Shown: piece by piece, positions 20,245-30,700 of the stretch | Layout: each line of letters opens with the position of its first letter | Numbering within the stretch: position 1 is the first letter of the stretch | Source: an uncultured Chloroflexia bacterium | GTDB taxonomy: Bacteria; Chloroflexota; Anaerolineae; JAAYZQ01 | Length of the DNA stretch: 64,000 nt | Assembly: GCA_963700285.1 (NCBI GenBank) | Contig: CAVOXA010000010.1 | Span: 576,001 to 640,000, forward strand | Direction of reading: 5' to 3' | Made by a program: the position numbers and the translations under genes | The notes under the pieces: generated by a model | What the model saw: only the letters and a program-made list of their open reading frames with translations | Databases searched by the model: none | What the model was told of the DNA's origin: nothing

Positions 20245-20550
20245 TCACAATTGGCAGAACAGCCTCGTCGATCATGCAGCGCACATAGGCGATCTTCGTC
20301 ATTCTCGACTGCAAGTGTTGCCCTGACATCCAATAGCTCAATGATGCGCCTTCTGGCATCAAAATCTTCCTCAGCTCTCACCAGGCCCAACCCAACCTCT
20401 TCAGCAAAGTCAACAACTGTTGATATCTGCTCGTCGGTCAGGGCCTGCGAGTCAATCTGGACTGACAGCTCGGCCCGCTCTTGCTCCAATCCTTGTATCG
20501 TCGCCCCCAGTCGCTCTCGGTTCTCGGCTAGTACTTTTTCGGAAAAGTCC
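20230..20550 (-). mobile_element. C-terminal remnant of a large serine recombinase
   Basis: Coiled coil (LEQERAEL) followed by DFDARRRIIELLDVRATL, a typical large-serine-recombinase tail. Confidence 0.55.
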
Positions 20551-21221
20551 CCCGTACCTCCTCCCATCCCAGGACGCTCGCTGTACCGCAACCACATCCC
20601 CCTCCGTCCATTTTCCATCGATGGTCTGATACTCCACTATCCGCCCGGTATGGGAGATGCGACACACTACATGTTCTTCCTGTTCCCAAATCGTGCGCCA
20701 GACGGCCACATCATCGAAGCCGTGATCGACGATCCAGCTCACTGCCATGCGCTCTTTCAGAGGACGCACAGCCTGGCTGACTTTTTTCAACCCCCCGCTG
20801 CACTTCCAACGGTTCGCCTTCAAAGTCCTCTGCCACACTGGAGAACAGCCGGTGATACAGGATGCCCCGCCGGCCTGGTGTCACCTCCAATACATGCAGA
20901 GTCCGATAGCCGGGCACCAACTTGCCGTCCAAGTCTTTCACCTGCATCAGATCCGGCATCTCGCTGGCATACGGCTTCCGCAAATCCGATGGGTCTGCAA
21001 TCAGCCATAGTTCCTCTGTCTCCGACTCGGCCAGTTGTGCCACTCCGCGCTGACAAAGCGCCGCTGTCAAATGCTCTGCGTCCACCAATCCATCAAAGTG
21101 ACCGAGATACTCTGCAAATGGGCCTTGCCGAGTCATCTCTTCTGTCATCAATGTAATACCTCCTGAGCGTGATCTGTGCCTACTATACCAGACTGCTCTC
21201 GGAGGCATTTATGACAGAATG
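20550..21221 (-). mobile_element. Degenerate DDE transposase (IS4-superfamily-like) with a putative left end
   Basis: WLIADPSDLRKPYA..MP.LM.V, GILYHRLFSS and WIVDHGFDD in two frames. Upstream are CATTCTGTCATAAA, TATAGT and GGAGG. Confidence 0.65.
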
Positions 21222-21261
21222 TCAGTCAGAGAGGATATTGAGACCACACCTCCATTGATAG

Positions 21262-21570
21262 TCACTGCCTATACCAGCGTCGGAATAGCCTGCCCATCCC
21301 GTCCTTAACCTGATCGCCGACCTCAACGAGTACGCCGGCCAATACCCCGCCGGTCTCAAACCCGATGGTGACTTCGCTGGCTGGAACCAAGGTCCCAGAA
21401 CCACTGGCGGTGTTGACCGGGTCGCCCCGGGTCGCGGTGTAAGTCGTGAGGACTTCCTCCTCGACCGGTTCCTGGGCCTGGAGGTAGCCACCGCTGTAGA
21501 CAAAGTAGCTGCTGCCTCCTGCTATCAGCACCAGCGCAATCGTGACAATCCAGAACAGCTTGCGTAACAT
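21262..21570 (-). pseudogene. N-terminal fragment of an efflux RND/MacA periplasmic adaptor
   Basis: Transmembrane anchor, TATRGD..NTASGSGTLVP and GVLAGVLVEVGDQVKDG, then truncated next to the IS. Confidence 0.7.
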
Positions 21571-21814
21571 GTCGTTTGCCTCCTCTGTTCTTTCAGCTTA
21601 CTCTTAGCTTTCCCTCAGCATCTTCTCAGGTGGTTTCCCTACAATGGAATCGGCAGACCGCGGGGGTGGCCTCTGGCCAATGGGCACGGTGATGGCTTTA
21701 CATGGATGTCGAACGACGGTATAATGGCGGTGGAAAGGCAGCCGTGAGAGTATTTTAGAGCCGGAACTATCCACATAGACCATAGCAAGTCTCGAGTGTG
21801 CGAAAGGAGTCGCA

Positions 21815-23428
21815 ATGAGCGATACAGAACGACCGAATGTCATCCTAGTCCTGGTGGATGACATGGGCTTTTCCGACCTGGGCTGCATGGGGTCCGAGAT
21901 CCGGACGCCCAACATTGACGCCATGGCCCGGGAGGGAGTCTTGCTCTCCTCCATGTACAACTGTGCGCGCTGCTGCCCCACCCGCGCCTCGGTGTTGACC
22001 GGGCTCTACGCGCAGCGGGCGGGGATCGGGCAGATGGGGGCCGATCTGGGCACACCGGCTTATCAGGGCTACCTGCGTGACGATGCCGTCACCATTGCCG
22101 AGGTGCTGCGAGAGACCGGCTACCGGACCCTGATGTCGGGTAAATGGCACGTCGGCGGGGAATACGACGCTCGCGTCATCGATACCTGGCAGGTAGGCGC
22201 TCCCAACCGGCCCACCCCCCAGCAGCGGGGCTTTGACCGCTTCTTTGGCATCATCGACGGCTGCACCCACTATTTCTCTCCCCACTATTTGATGGAGGAT
22301 GGCGCGCGCATCACGTCGTTCGACGACGATTTCTACATGACCGATGCCATCGCTGACAAGGCCATCGAAATGCTAGAAGAGGGCCAGGACGACGACCGGC
22401 CCTTCTTCCTCTACCTGGCACACGTCGCCCCGCACTGGCCCTTGCACGCTCGAGATGAGGACATCGCCAAGTACGAGGGCGCCTACCTCAAGGGCTGGGA
22501 CGCCATCCGCACGGCGCGCCACGAGGAGATGCTCTCGCGGGGGGTCCTGCAGCACAAGTGGGAGATCTCGGCCCGGGATCCCGAGGCGCCGCCATGGTCA
22601 GAGGTTGATCTCTGCGACTGGGAGTCCCGCCGTATGGCGGTCTATGCGGCCATGATCGACCGCATGGACCAGTCCATCGGCCGGGTCTTGGAGGCCCTCA
22701 AGCGGCTGGGAGAGTATGACAACACGCTGATCTTGTTCCTGTCGGACAACGGCGGCTGCGCCGAGCTGATGGCCGAGGACGGCTGGGCCAAGTTCTTCCC
22801 CGACGTGACCCACGACGGGCGACAGATGACCATGGGCAACCGGCCCGATGTGGAACCTGGCGGCCCCCTGACCTACATGAGCTATGACCTGCCCTGGGCC
22901 AACGTCTCCAACACGCCCTATCGCAAGTTCAAGCACTGGGTGCACGAGGGTGGCATCTCCACGCCGCTCATCGCTCACTGGCCCAAGCGGTTTCAAACCC
23001 CCAGTGTGCACCATGCACCCTGCCATGTGGTGGACCTGCTGCCTACGATTCTGGATGCCGCCGGGGCCGAGTATCCCGCGGAGCTGGGCGGGCACGAGAT
23101 CCAGCCAAGGGACGGCGAGAGTTTTCTGCCCCTGCTGGACGGGGAGGCGTGGGGGCGCGAACAGCCCATCTTCTTCGAGCACGAGGGCAACAGCGCCATC
23201 CGGCTGGGCAGCTTTAAACTGGTGCGCGAGTTTGGCCGGCCCTGGGAGCTCTACGACATGGAGCAGGATCGCACGGAACTTCAGGACATCATCGGCAAGA
23301 ACAAACTGCTGGCCCAGCGGCTCGTGCACGAGTACGATGCCTGGGCCGACTCGGCCGGTGTGGTTGACTGGAGCATCCTGCTGCCCCGGCTCCAGGCCAT
23401 CTGGCAGATGGACGATATCCATGGCTAG
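21815..23428 (+). CDS. Arylsulfatase (formylglycine-dependent)
   Basis: PNVILVLVDDMG, CCPTRASVLTG (CxPxR), GKWH, PHWPLH, SDNG and HEGGISTP. Confidence 0.93.
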   Translation: MSDTERPNVILVLVDDMGFSDLGCMGSEIRTPNIDAMAREGVLLSSMYNCARCCPTRASVLTGLYAQRAGIGQMGADLGTPAYQGYLRDDAVTIAEVLRETGYRTLMSGKWHVGGEYDARVIDTWQVGAPNRPTPQQRGFDRFFGIIDGCTHYFSPHYLMEDGARITSFDDDFYMTDAIADKAIEMLEEGQDDDRPFFLYLAHVAPHWPLHARDEDIAKYEGAYLKGWDAIRTARHEEMLSRGVLQHKWEISARDPEAPPWSEVDLCDWESRRMAVYAAMIDRMDQSIGRVLEALKRLGEYDNTLILFLSDNGGCAELMAEDGWAKFFPDVTHDGRQMTMGNRPDVEPGGPLTYMSYDLPWANVSNTPYRKFKHWVHEGGISTPLIAHWPKRFQTPSVHHAPCHVVDLLPTILDAAGAEYPAELGGHEIQPRDGESFLPLLDGEAWGREQPIFFEHEGNSAIRLGSFKLVREFGRPWELYDMEQDRTELQDIIGKNKLLAQRLVHEYDAWADSAGVVDWSILLPRLQAIWQMDDIHG

Positions 23429-23443
23429 CAAGGAGGGCCGGCG

Positions 23444-24330
23444 CTGATCACCATACTCGTGGCCGATGACGACCACAAACTGCAAAACATGCTCCGCCGC
23501 ACACTCACCTACGAGGGATGCCGCGTCGTCACGGCCAGTGATGGCCAGGAGACCCTGGAGCAGGTCGATGCCAAGAAGCCCCAGGCCATCGTGATAGGTT
23601 GGATGATGCCCGAGCTGGACGGCGTGCAGGTACTGGACCACCTGAGGGCCGCAGGCGATGAGACGCCCATCCTGATGTTCACGGCCCGCGGTGCCATTGA
23701 GGATAGGGTCCAGGGCCTGGAGGGGGGCGCTGACGACTACCTGGTCAAGCCCTTTGCCGCCGTCGAGCTCGTGGCCCGGCTCAACTCCCTGCTACGCCGG
23801 TCGGCAACGGCCTAGTAGGAAAAGCCCCTGTCCCTTGGCTTGCGCCGATGCCTGGCCGCCTCTGCCGCGGGTACCGGTCCCCATCGAGCCGATCATCACA
23901 GAGGTATGCCGCCAGGCCCGCTTGCTTGCTCCCGGCCAGATGATTACCTGTGGCTCACCCCCGGACTTGGCTGTATGGGGTGAGGCCGACGCTATCAAGC
24001 AAGTCCTGTTGATCCTGCTGGATAACGCCCTCAAGCATGGCGACGGGCCGATTGCCGTTACGGGCAAGGCGCAGGGCGAACGAGTGGCAGTGAGCATCCA
24101 TGATGCCGGTCCCGGCATCGAACCCGATCTGCTGGCTCATCTCTTTGAGCGCTTTTCCCGGGGCAAAATGGTGCCGGTAGAGTCAGGCAGCGAGGCCGGC
24201 TCGGGGATCGGCTTGGGCCTGGCCATCGCCAAGGCATTGGTCGAGACGCAGGGCGGCACTATCGCCGTGGAGAGCCAAGTCGGGCAAGGCAGTGTATTCA
24301 CGGTGACTCTGGTTCAGGTGTCTGCTCTCT
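23444..24330 (+). pseudogene. Decayed two-component pair: OmpR/MprA-like receiver remnant plus HATPase remnant
   Basis: The receiver has its phospho-Asp replaced (VIGWMMP) and no DNA-binding domain. It is followed directly by LLDNALKH, DAGPGI, LFERF and GLGLAI with no His-phosphotransfer domain. Confidence 0.75.
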
Positions 24331-24429
24331 TGATCGGCGCGGACAGGTACTACTTGAAGGCCGACAGAGGTCGGGGACCGCTGTTGCGAAAGAACGACGC
24401 GTTCATCTGCAGCTTTCGGATAAGGAAGG

Positions 24430-24458
24430 CAAAGGGGGTGGACAGTCCACCCCCTTTG
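24430..24458. terminator. Bidirectional terminator-like hairpin between convergent genes
   Basis: Perfect inverted repeat CAAAGGGGGTGGAC-A-GTCCACCCCCTTTG. Confidence 0.75.
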
Positions 24459-24474
24459 AAGTTCAAAAGACCAG

Positions 24475-27451
24475 CTAATGTGTGACTGTCTCTGCACACG
24501 TGCCGTCAGGCTGCGCTACACAAACCTGGATCTGGAACTCCTCCGCGGGTCCGGCCTGAAGGGCCCGCTCTGAAGAGAGCCCTTCACTCAGTACCCCAGT
24601 GACAAAGTTCGTCGGGCAAGCAGGTTCGCCGTCCAGGTAGGCAGCCACCAGGTCGTCAGACCGGGATGTGACAAAGACCCGCAATGTCGTTGGTTCAAAG
24701 GCGATCCCTTCCTGTGGTTCCTTGATAGCTTGGGCGTAAGCCCGGGCAAAGTACTCTGGCCAGCCCTTGGGCAGCATCAGAAACTTGTCCCAGCCCCCAT
24801 CCGCCTCCGTCGTGGTGACAAAGATGTGACCGGATGTACCAATGAGCGGGTTGACGGCGATCATGCGCAGTGGCACCGGCTCTCCGGCTGGCATGTGCCG
24901 GATCTCGGCCCAGCCCAGGAACGTGTCGGTATTGCCGTCGATGGCCACGATGCGGTAGCTTTCGATGGTGGCCACATAGACCAGATTGCGCACGGCATCT
25001 ACGGCGATGCCATAGGGGCCGCTGCTGTAGATGTCGATTTTGGTCACATCCCCCGCGCTGTCGATCACGGCCACCTTGCCTTCCCCGTGCAACGAAACGT
25101 AGGCCTTGTTCGTGACAGGGTTGATGGCCACCATCGAGGGCGCATTGCCAACGGCGATGGTCCGGTTGACCGTGTCAGTCACCCCATCGATCACCGATAC
25201 CGTGCCGCTGCCATAGTTCGCTACATACACCCGATTGGTGTTCGCATTTGCGGCAATACCATTGGGCTGCTGGCCGACTCCGAGGGTTTTGGTTGATCTG
25301 GGATCACTGGCTTTCAGCACGGTGATCGTGTTCGCCCCGCCATTGGCAACATAGATCCTGTCGTTGGCGGCGTTGTAGGCCACGCCGTTGGGCCCAGTCC
25401 CCACGGGTGCTGTATCCACCGCTGTGTAGGTCTCGCTGTTGATGATCGAAAGTGTGTCGTCATCGTGGTCGGTCACATAGAGCCGTTTCGCAGCACTGTT
25501 GGCCGCCACGCCGTGGGGCGCTTTGCCCACATCGACCGCTTGTTGGAACTGTGGAAAACAATCCGATGGGCCAGGGGGCGGGGTCGGCGTAGGTGGCACC
25601 GGCTCGCCGTCACAGACTTCTACCGATACGTCGTCCAGGTAAAAGCCGGTCACCCCGTTCTCGTCGCCATCATTGTACGCATTGAAGTAGAGCGTAATCG
25701 TCCGGCCGGCGTAGCCGCTCAAGTCGTAGGTCATCCGGGTCCACGAGGCGGTGTTGGCATTGGTCCGCATCAGAATGGCCAGGAGTTGGTCGTGCTCGTT
25801 CAGGAGGAGCGCCTCCTGGCGGTCGCCATCGTCCAACCCAGAGATGGGATAGTACCAGAAGGTCAGCGTCGCTTTGGCAGTATCGGCTGGGAGGGTAATG
25901 GCCTGCCGCACCGACGAGTAGCTGCGAATGTCAGCCTCGCCAGTCTTGAGGCCAAGCAGCAGCCGAACGGTCGCCGGTGTGTACCTGTTCAGTGGTGTAG
26001 CGGGCCGGGCGCGGCGTGATGCCTCTGAGCCAGGCCGTGTTGTCCTCAAAGCTTCCGTTCCGAACCAGTTCCTCGCACTCGGGGCCGACATGCGTGTAGT
26101 TTCTCAGGATGATGGGCAGGTAGAGGTAGCCCTGAGGATGCCGAAAGTAGACCGGCTCGGAGTCGCAGGCCGCGCCGGCACAGGCGGTCACCTGGGCAGT
26201 GCCAGGTATGGTCCCAGACGTCAAAGTGATGGTGGACACGCCACCGCTCGTCAGGTAGGCGCCATTGCGGTTGTGTCCGAACACGCCAAAGGCATCCACC
26301 ACAAGGTAACTGTCTGCCGAGTCGGGGTTCTTTTCCCCTGTGACCACCACTTCGATCAGGTGCGTGGCATAGGGCAGGTCTGTGGCTATCTGCTCTTCCT
26401 GTTGATGCAAAGTGCCCGTACCCGTGCCATCGTCCCAGTACGTGTCAATCCTTCGGAACAGCTCGCCGTCCACATAGACCTCGGCAATGCCGGCGTTGAA
26501 CTGCTTCTGGAAGAAGACCGATGCCATCGTGCCGACAAACTCGTAGGTCACCTTGTCGCCCACTGTGTTGGAGTAGACGCCCTTGCCGCCACTGGCCAGC
26601 GCGTCGCTGTATTCGGTCCAGTCTCCCACCTTGTTCACTGTGGCGCTCTCCGCTTCGGTCGTCAGTGCGCCGATGGGAACCGGGGTGAAGCTAAGCCCGC
26701 CCGGGAAGGTACCCAGGTCCGTTGCATAGACCACCACGGTGCCATCATCCACTGGATCACCCAGCTCGCTGTCTACCTCGGCTGTGAGTGTTGAGGTCGA
26801 GGTACCATCAGCCTTGATGGCACTTGGAGCTGCGCTGAGTTCCAGGGAGTGGGGCTGATGAGCGTCGTTGGTGATGTTGACCTGCCCGTTCCCCAGCGTG
26901 ACGTCAATGGGTAGTCCATCCGGATCGGAGAATGGATCGGTGGTAAGGGTCAAGGTGCTGCTCTCCCCAGCCGTACCCACCGCCTGGAAGGTGATCTCTG
27001 CCAGCCGAGGGTCTCCCGACACGCCGCTGGCAGAGATTGCCGTAAAGACCACCTGGTCCGGCGCTAGCTCAAAGTTGCACAGCGCCGTGTCGAAGAGATG
27101 GCCCGGATCGGCTGTACAGTCCGTGGCTTCCAGCACCGTGGGATCGTACTGGATCTCGATCGTGGTTGCGCCCAGAACCTCGCTGCCCAGGCTGGTATCT
27201 AGAGGAACCATGATGGTGTCCCCAGACGCTACGTTGCCCGAACCGATGGTCAACGTAGTGCCATTGAGCAACCCCGTGTTTGATAGCATGGCTCCCGCTG
27301 CGCTTGGTTCCGCTACGGCGGGCAAGGTCAGTACCAGTAGACCGGCGATCAAGGTGAGGAGGGGAAGCAGCACGCCAACCGATGCCATGTGCTTGGTGTC
27401 GCGCCACGGCCACCACCGCTGAGCCCTGATCACTGGGGGTTTTGACTTCAT
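24475..27451 (-). CDS. Secreted modular protein of about 990 aa: cohesin + Ig-like/invasin with inserted jelly-roll + CBM-like + YncE/YVTN beta-propeller; one apparent extra G near 25965
   Basis: Hydrophobic signal; cohesin at about 26870-27260; IKADGTSTSTLTAEV (Big_1-like); internal YLYLPIILRN; LVRNGSFE...YLDDVSV; repeats VG..P.GVA.N...RIYVAN. ORFs 25931-27451 and 24475-26091 join at TCG-G-CTG. Confidence 0.8.
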
Positions 27452-27533
27452 GTTTTACCTCCTTGCAACGCGAAGCAGGGATTCGGAGCGAAGCTACCTA
27501 AATCCCATAGAAAAGGACCGTCATCTTATACTG

Positions 27534-27600
27534 ATTATAAGACAAACTGACTAGAGAAAACAACCTCTTTAGAGAGGAGTTTAGGGAGGATTTTTTCGCT
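27534..27600 (-). promoter_or_regulatory. Sigma70-type promoter with upstream operator (copy 1)
   Basis: Minus strand: AAAATCCTCCCTAAACTCCTCTCTAAAGAGG-TTGTTT-N18-TATAAT. Confidence 0.7.
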
Positions 27601-27744
27601 ACGATGGGTGTAGACTGAAGCACAGGCCATGGCGGAACCACAGAGGCAGAAACCAGAGTTCTGGGTCATGGACTTTGGATTCCCTGTGCTCTCCGCCTCG
27701 GGGATGAGAACGGGCGCTACAGCGAGAGCCCTATCAAATGCCTC

Positions 27745-30700
27745 CTAACGAGGGGATTCCTGATGGCTGCGCAGGACGAGTGGCAGGTGGAGGCGGTGAT
27801 CCCCCCTTGCACGGACATCGATCTGCCCATTCTGCAAGGCAACCTCGATAGCGCGAGCGCTGGGGTCGGCGAAGGGATCGGCTGCCAGAAACAGCAGGCT
27901 GGTATCTCCTTCGACGCCAGTGGCTTGGAAGTTGATCTGAGCCAATACCACGTCGCCAGATATGCCCTTGGCCGAGACGGCCGTGACACCCACCTTGCCG
28001 GCTGCCATGTCTGCGTTGCACACGGCCAGATCAAAGGCGCTGCCTGGATCTTCCGTGCAACTGGTGACAGCCAGAATATCCGGGTCGTACTGGATCTCGA
28101 TGGTGGCTGCGCCCAGCACATGGTTTCCCAGATTGGTCGTCAGCGGCACACCCAAGCGTCCCCCTGGCGCAAGGCTACCTGAACCGATCCCCAGGGTCGC
28201 GGCAAGGGGCGAGCTGAGCCCCTGCCCAGATTCTCTGGCCATGGCAGCCGGGGGGCAGAACCCGTTGGTCAAGCCAACTTCGCATTGCAAGATGAACATG
28301 GCATCGATAGCATTGCAGGAACCATCGCCGCTCACGTCGCACCCGGCCAGGTATAGTCCAGCTGCTGGCGGCGGGCAGGTAGTGCTGTGGTTGGGGCGCA
28401 GACCGACTTCCCGCTGGAGGATGAACAGAGCATCAATGGCGTTGACGCTGCTATCACAATTCACGTCGCCGGTGGCGGCACGGACCCAAACTTCCCCGTC
28501 ATGGACGCCAACAGCCACGGGCTCCCCGCCGGGTCCGGCAAAGGTCGTGACCACGGCGTCCAGGACTGTACGGTCCCCATCCCAGCCCACGCCGCCGAAG
28601 GTGATCTCGGCCAGAAGCGAGTCGCCGGGCACACCTACGGCGGATATGGCCGTGAGACTCACACTGCCTTCCCTACTGTTGCACAGCGCAGAATCGTAGG
28701 CGTCCTCCGGATCCGGGGTGCAATCGAGCACCTCCACGACAGCCGGGTCAAAGTGGATCTCGATGGTGGCTGCGCCCAGACCGTCGCCGGGTATACCCAA
28801 GATCTTCACCGGGACCCTGATGGTCCCGCCAGGGGCGACCGTGCCACTGCCCACCTGTACCATGGCACTTCCATCTGGGGCGTAATGGGCGGCAGCTGTA
28901 TGCGTGCTGGCGGGCATCGTCAGGCCGCTGCTGGCCGGGTCGCCGGTGCCGGTAAAGTGGTCGAGGTGATGGCCTGTTGCTGGGTGCGGCGTCAGCGTGA
29001 TCGATTCGCCCGCGACATATTGACTGTTTGCACAGCCATCTGAATTGGTGGGGTTCGCAGTTGGATCACCCCCTTGACCCGTGTGGTCCAACGTCAGACG
29101 GTAGCAAGGCATGCCTGTATCCTGGTTCAGCCAGATCTTGTTGGCCACGGGACTGGTTGCAACAAAGGCATCGAGGTCACCGTCGCCATCCAGGTCACCC
29201 AGGGCCACATCCCTGCTCGAGGGAGCGGCTGCGAGCGTGATGCTATCCGGCTGACCTAAAGCCGCAGCTGAGCTGGATGACGTCCCCAGAATCTGGCCGC
29301 TGTCACCAAAGTGGCCGGGCGTTCCGTCCTGGGCGCCACCGGCATTGATCCAGACTCTATCGGCCTGGCCGTCCGTGTTCCCAATGAAGGCATCAAGGTC
29401 GCCATCCCCATCAACATCTCCGAGAGCCACCGCATAGCTCTGGTAGCGACCCAAGCTCTGACCGCTGTTGCGAAAGATGCCTGGTACACCACCTTGAAGG
29501 CCGCCGTCATTGAACCAGACTGTGTTGTCCTCATCGGTGACACGGTTTGCGATCAGGGCATCGAGGTCACCGTCGCCATCCACGTCTCCCAGCGCCACGG
29601 ACACACTGTGCGAGGAGCCCAGATTCTGGCCGCTGTCTCTGTAGCGGCCGGCCGTTCCACCCTGGGCGCCTCCGTCATTGACCCAGATCCGATTTGCCTG
29701 GCCACCGGTGTTTGCCACAAAGGCATCCAGGTCCCCATCGCCGTCCACATCGCCAAGGGCCAGCCCGTAGCTCAGCGAACTGCCCAGGCTCTGGCCGCTG
29801 TCACTGAATGTACCGCCTTCGTTCAGCCATACCTTGTTGCCCGTGCCACTATTGCCCACAAAGGCATCCAGGTCCCCATCGCCGTCCACATCGCCCAGGC
29901 CCACGGCCGCGCTTGTGGCGCTGCCCAGACTCTGTCCACTGTTACTGAACACACCCCTATCATTCAACCATACCTTGTTGGGCTGGTAGTTCAGGTTGGC
30001 CACAAAAGCGTCCAGATCTCCGTCCTCATCCAGGTCACCCAGGGCCACAGCAAAGCTCTGCGCGGTCCCCAGGCTCTGGCCGCTATCGTTGAATCGGCCC
30101 CCATCGTTCAGCCAGACTCTGTTCCCTTGACTGTGGTTCCCGACGAAAGCATCCAGGTCGCCATCACCGTCCAAGTCGCCCAGAGCCACGCCAAAGCTGT
30201 TGGAACTACCCAGGTTCTGGCCGCTGTCGTCAAAGGCCCCAGTGCCACCCGAGACGGCAGACCGGAACTGCCAGGCGTGGGGGATCAGCGGAGTGCCGTC
30301 TGGCGCCTCTACGCCAGGGCTGAGGTTGACCACAATCTCCTCGCCGGGCCGGAACTCGTTGCTGGCCTTAAATTGGACCGAATCCTTGACGAGGCTGTAG
30401 ATTCCCTGATAGCTGCCTGTCTGCTGGCCCCGGACAGCAAAGGTACCGGTGTTCACTGTGCCCAGGTCGACTGTCCGGCTGAATGTCGCAGAGATGGCTT
30501 CGCTGGAAGCTGTCTCGAGCCCGTTGCCCGCAGGGTGGGTGCCTATCACTTCCAGGGGACCCGCGGCGCGGTAGCCCTGGTCATAGTCGCCAAAGTCGCT
30601 GCAGCGGCTGGCGCTACAGGCCGTGACCCAGTAGTAGTAGGGACTGTCGGCCGGAACAGACGGGTCGTCGTAGGAGGCGCCGCTGAGATGGCCCATCTCT

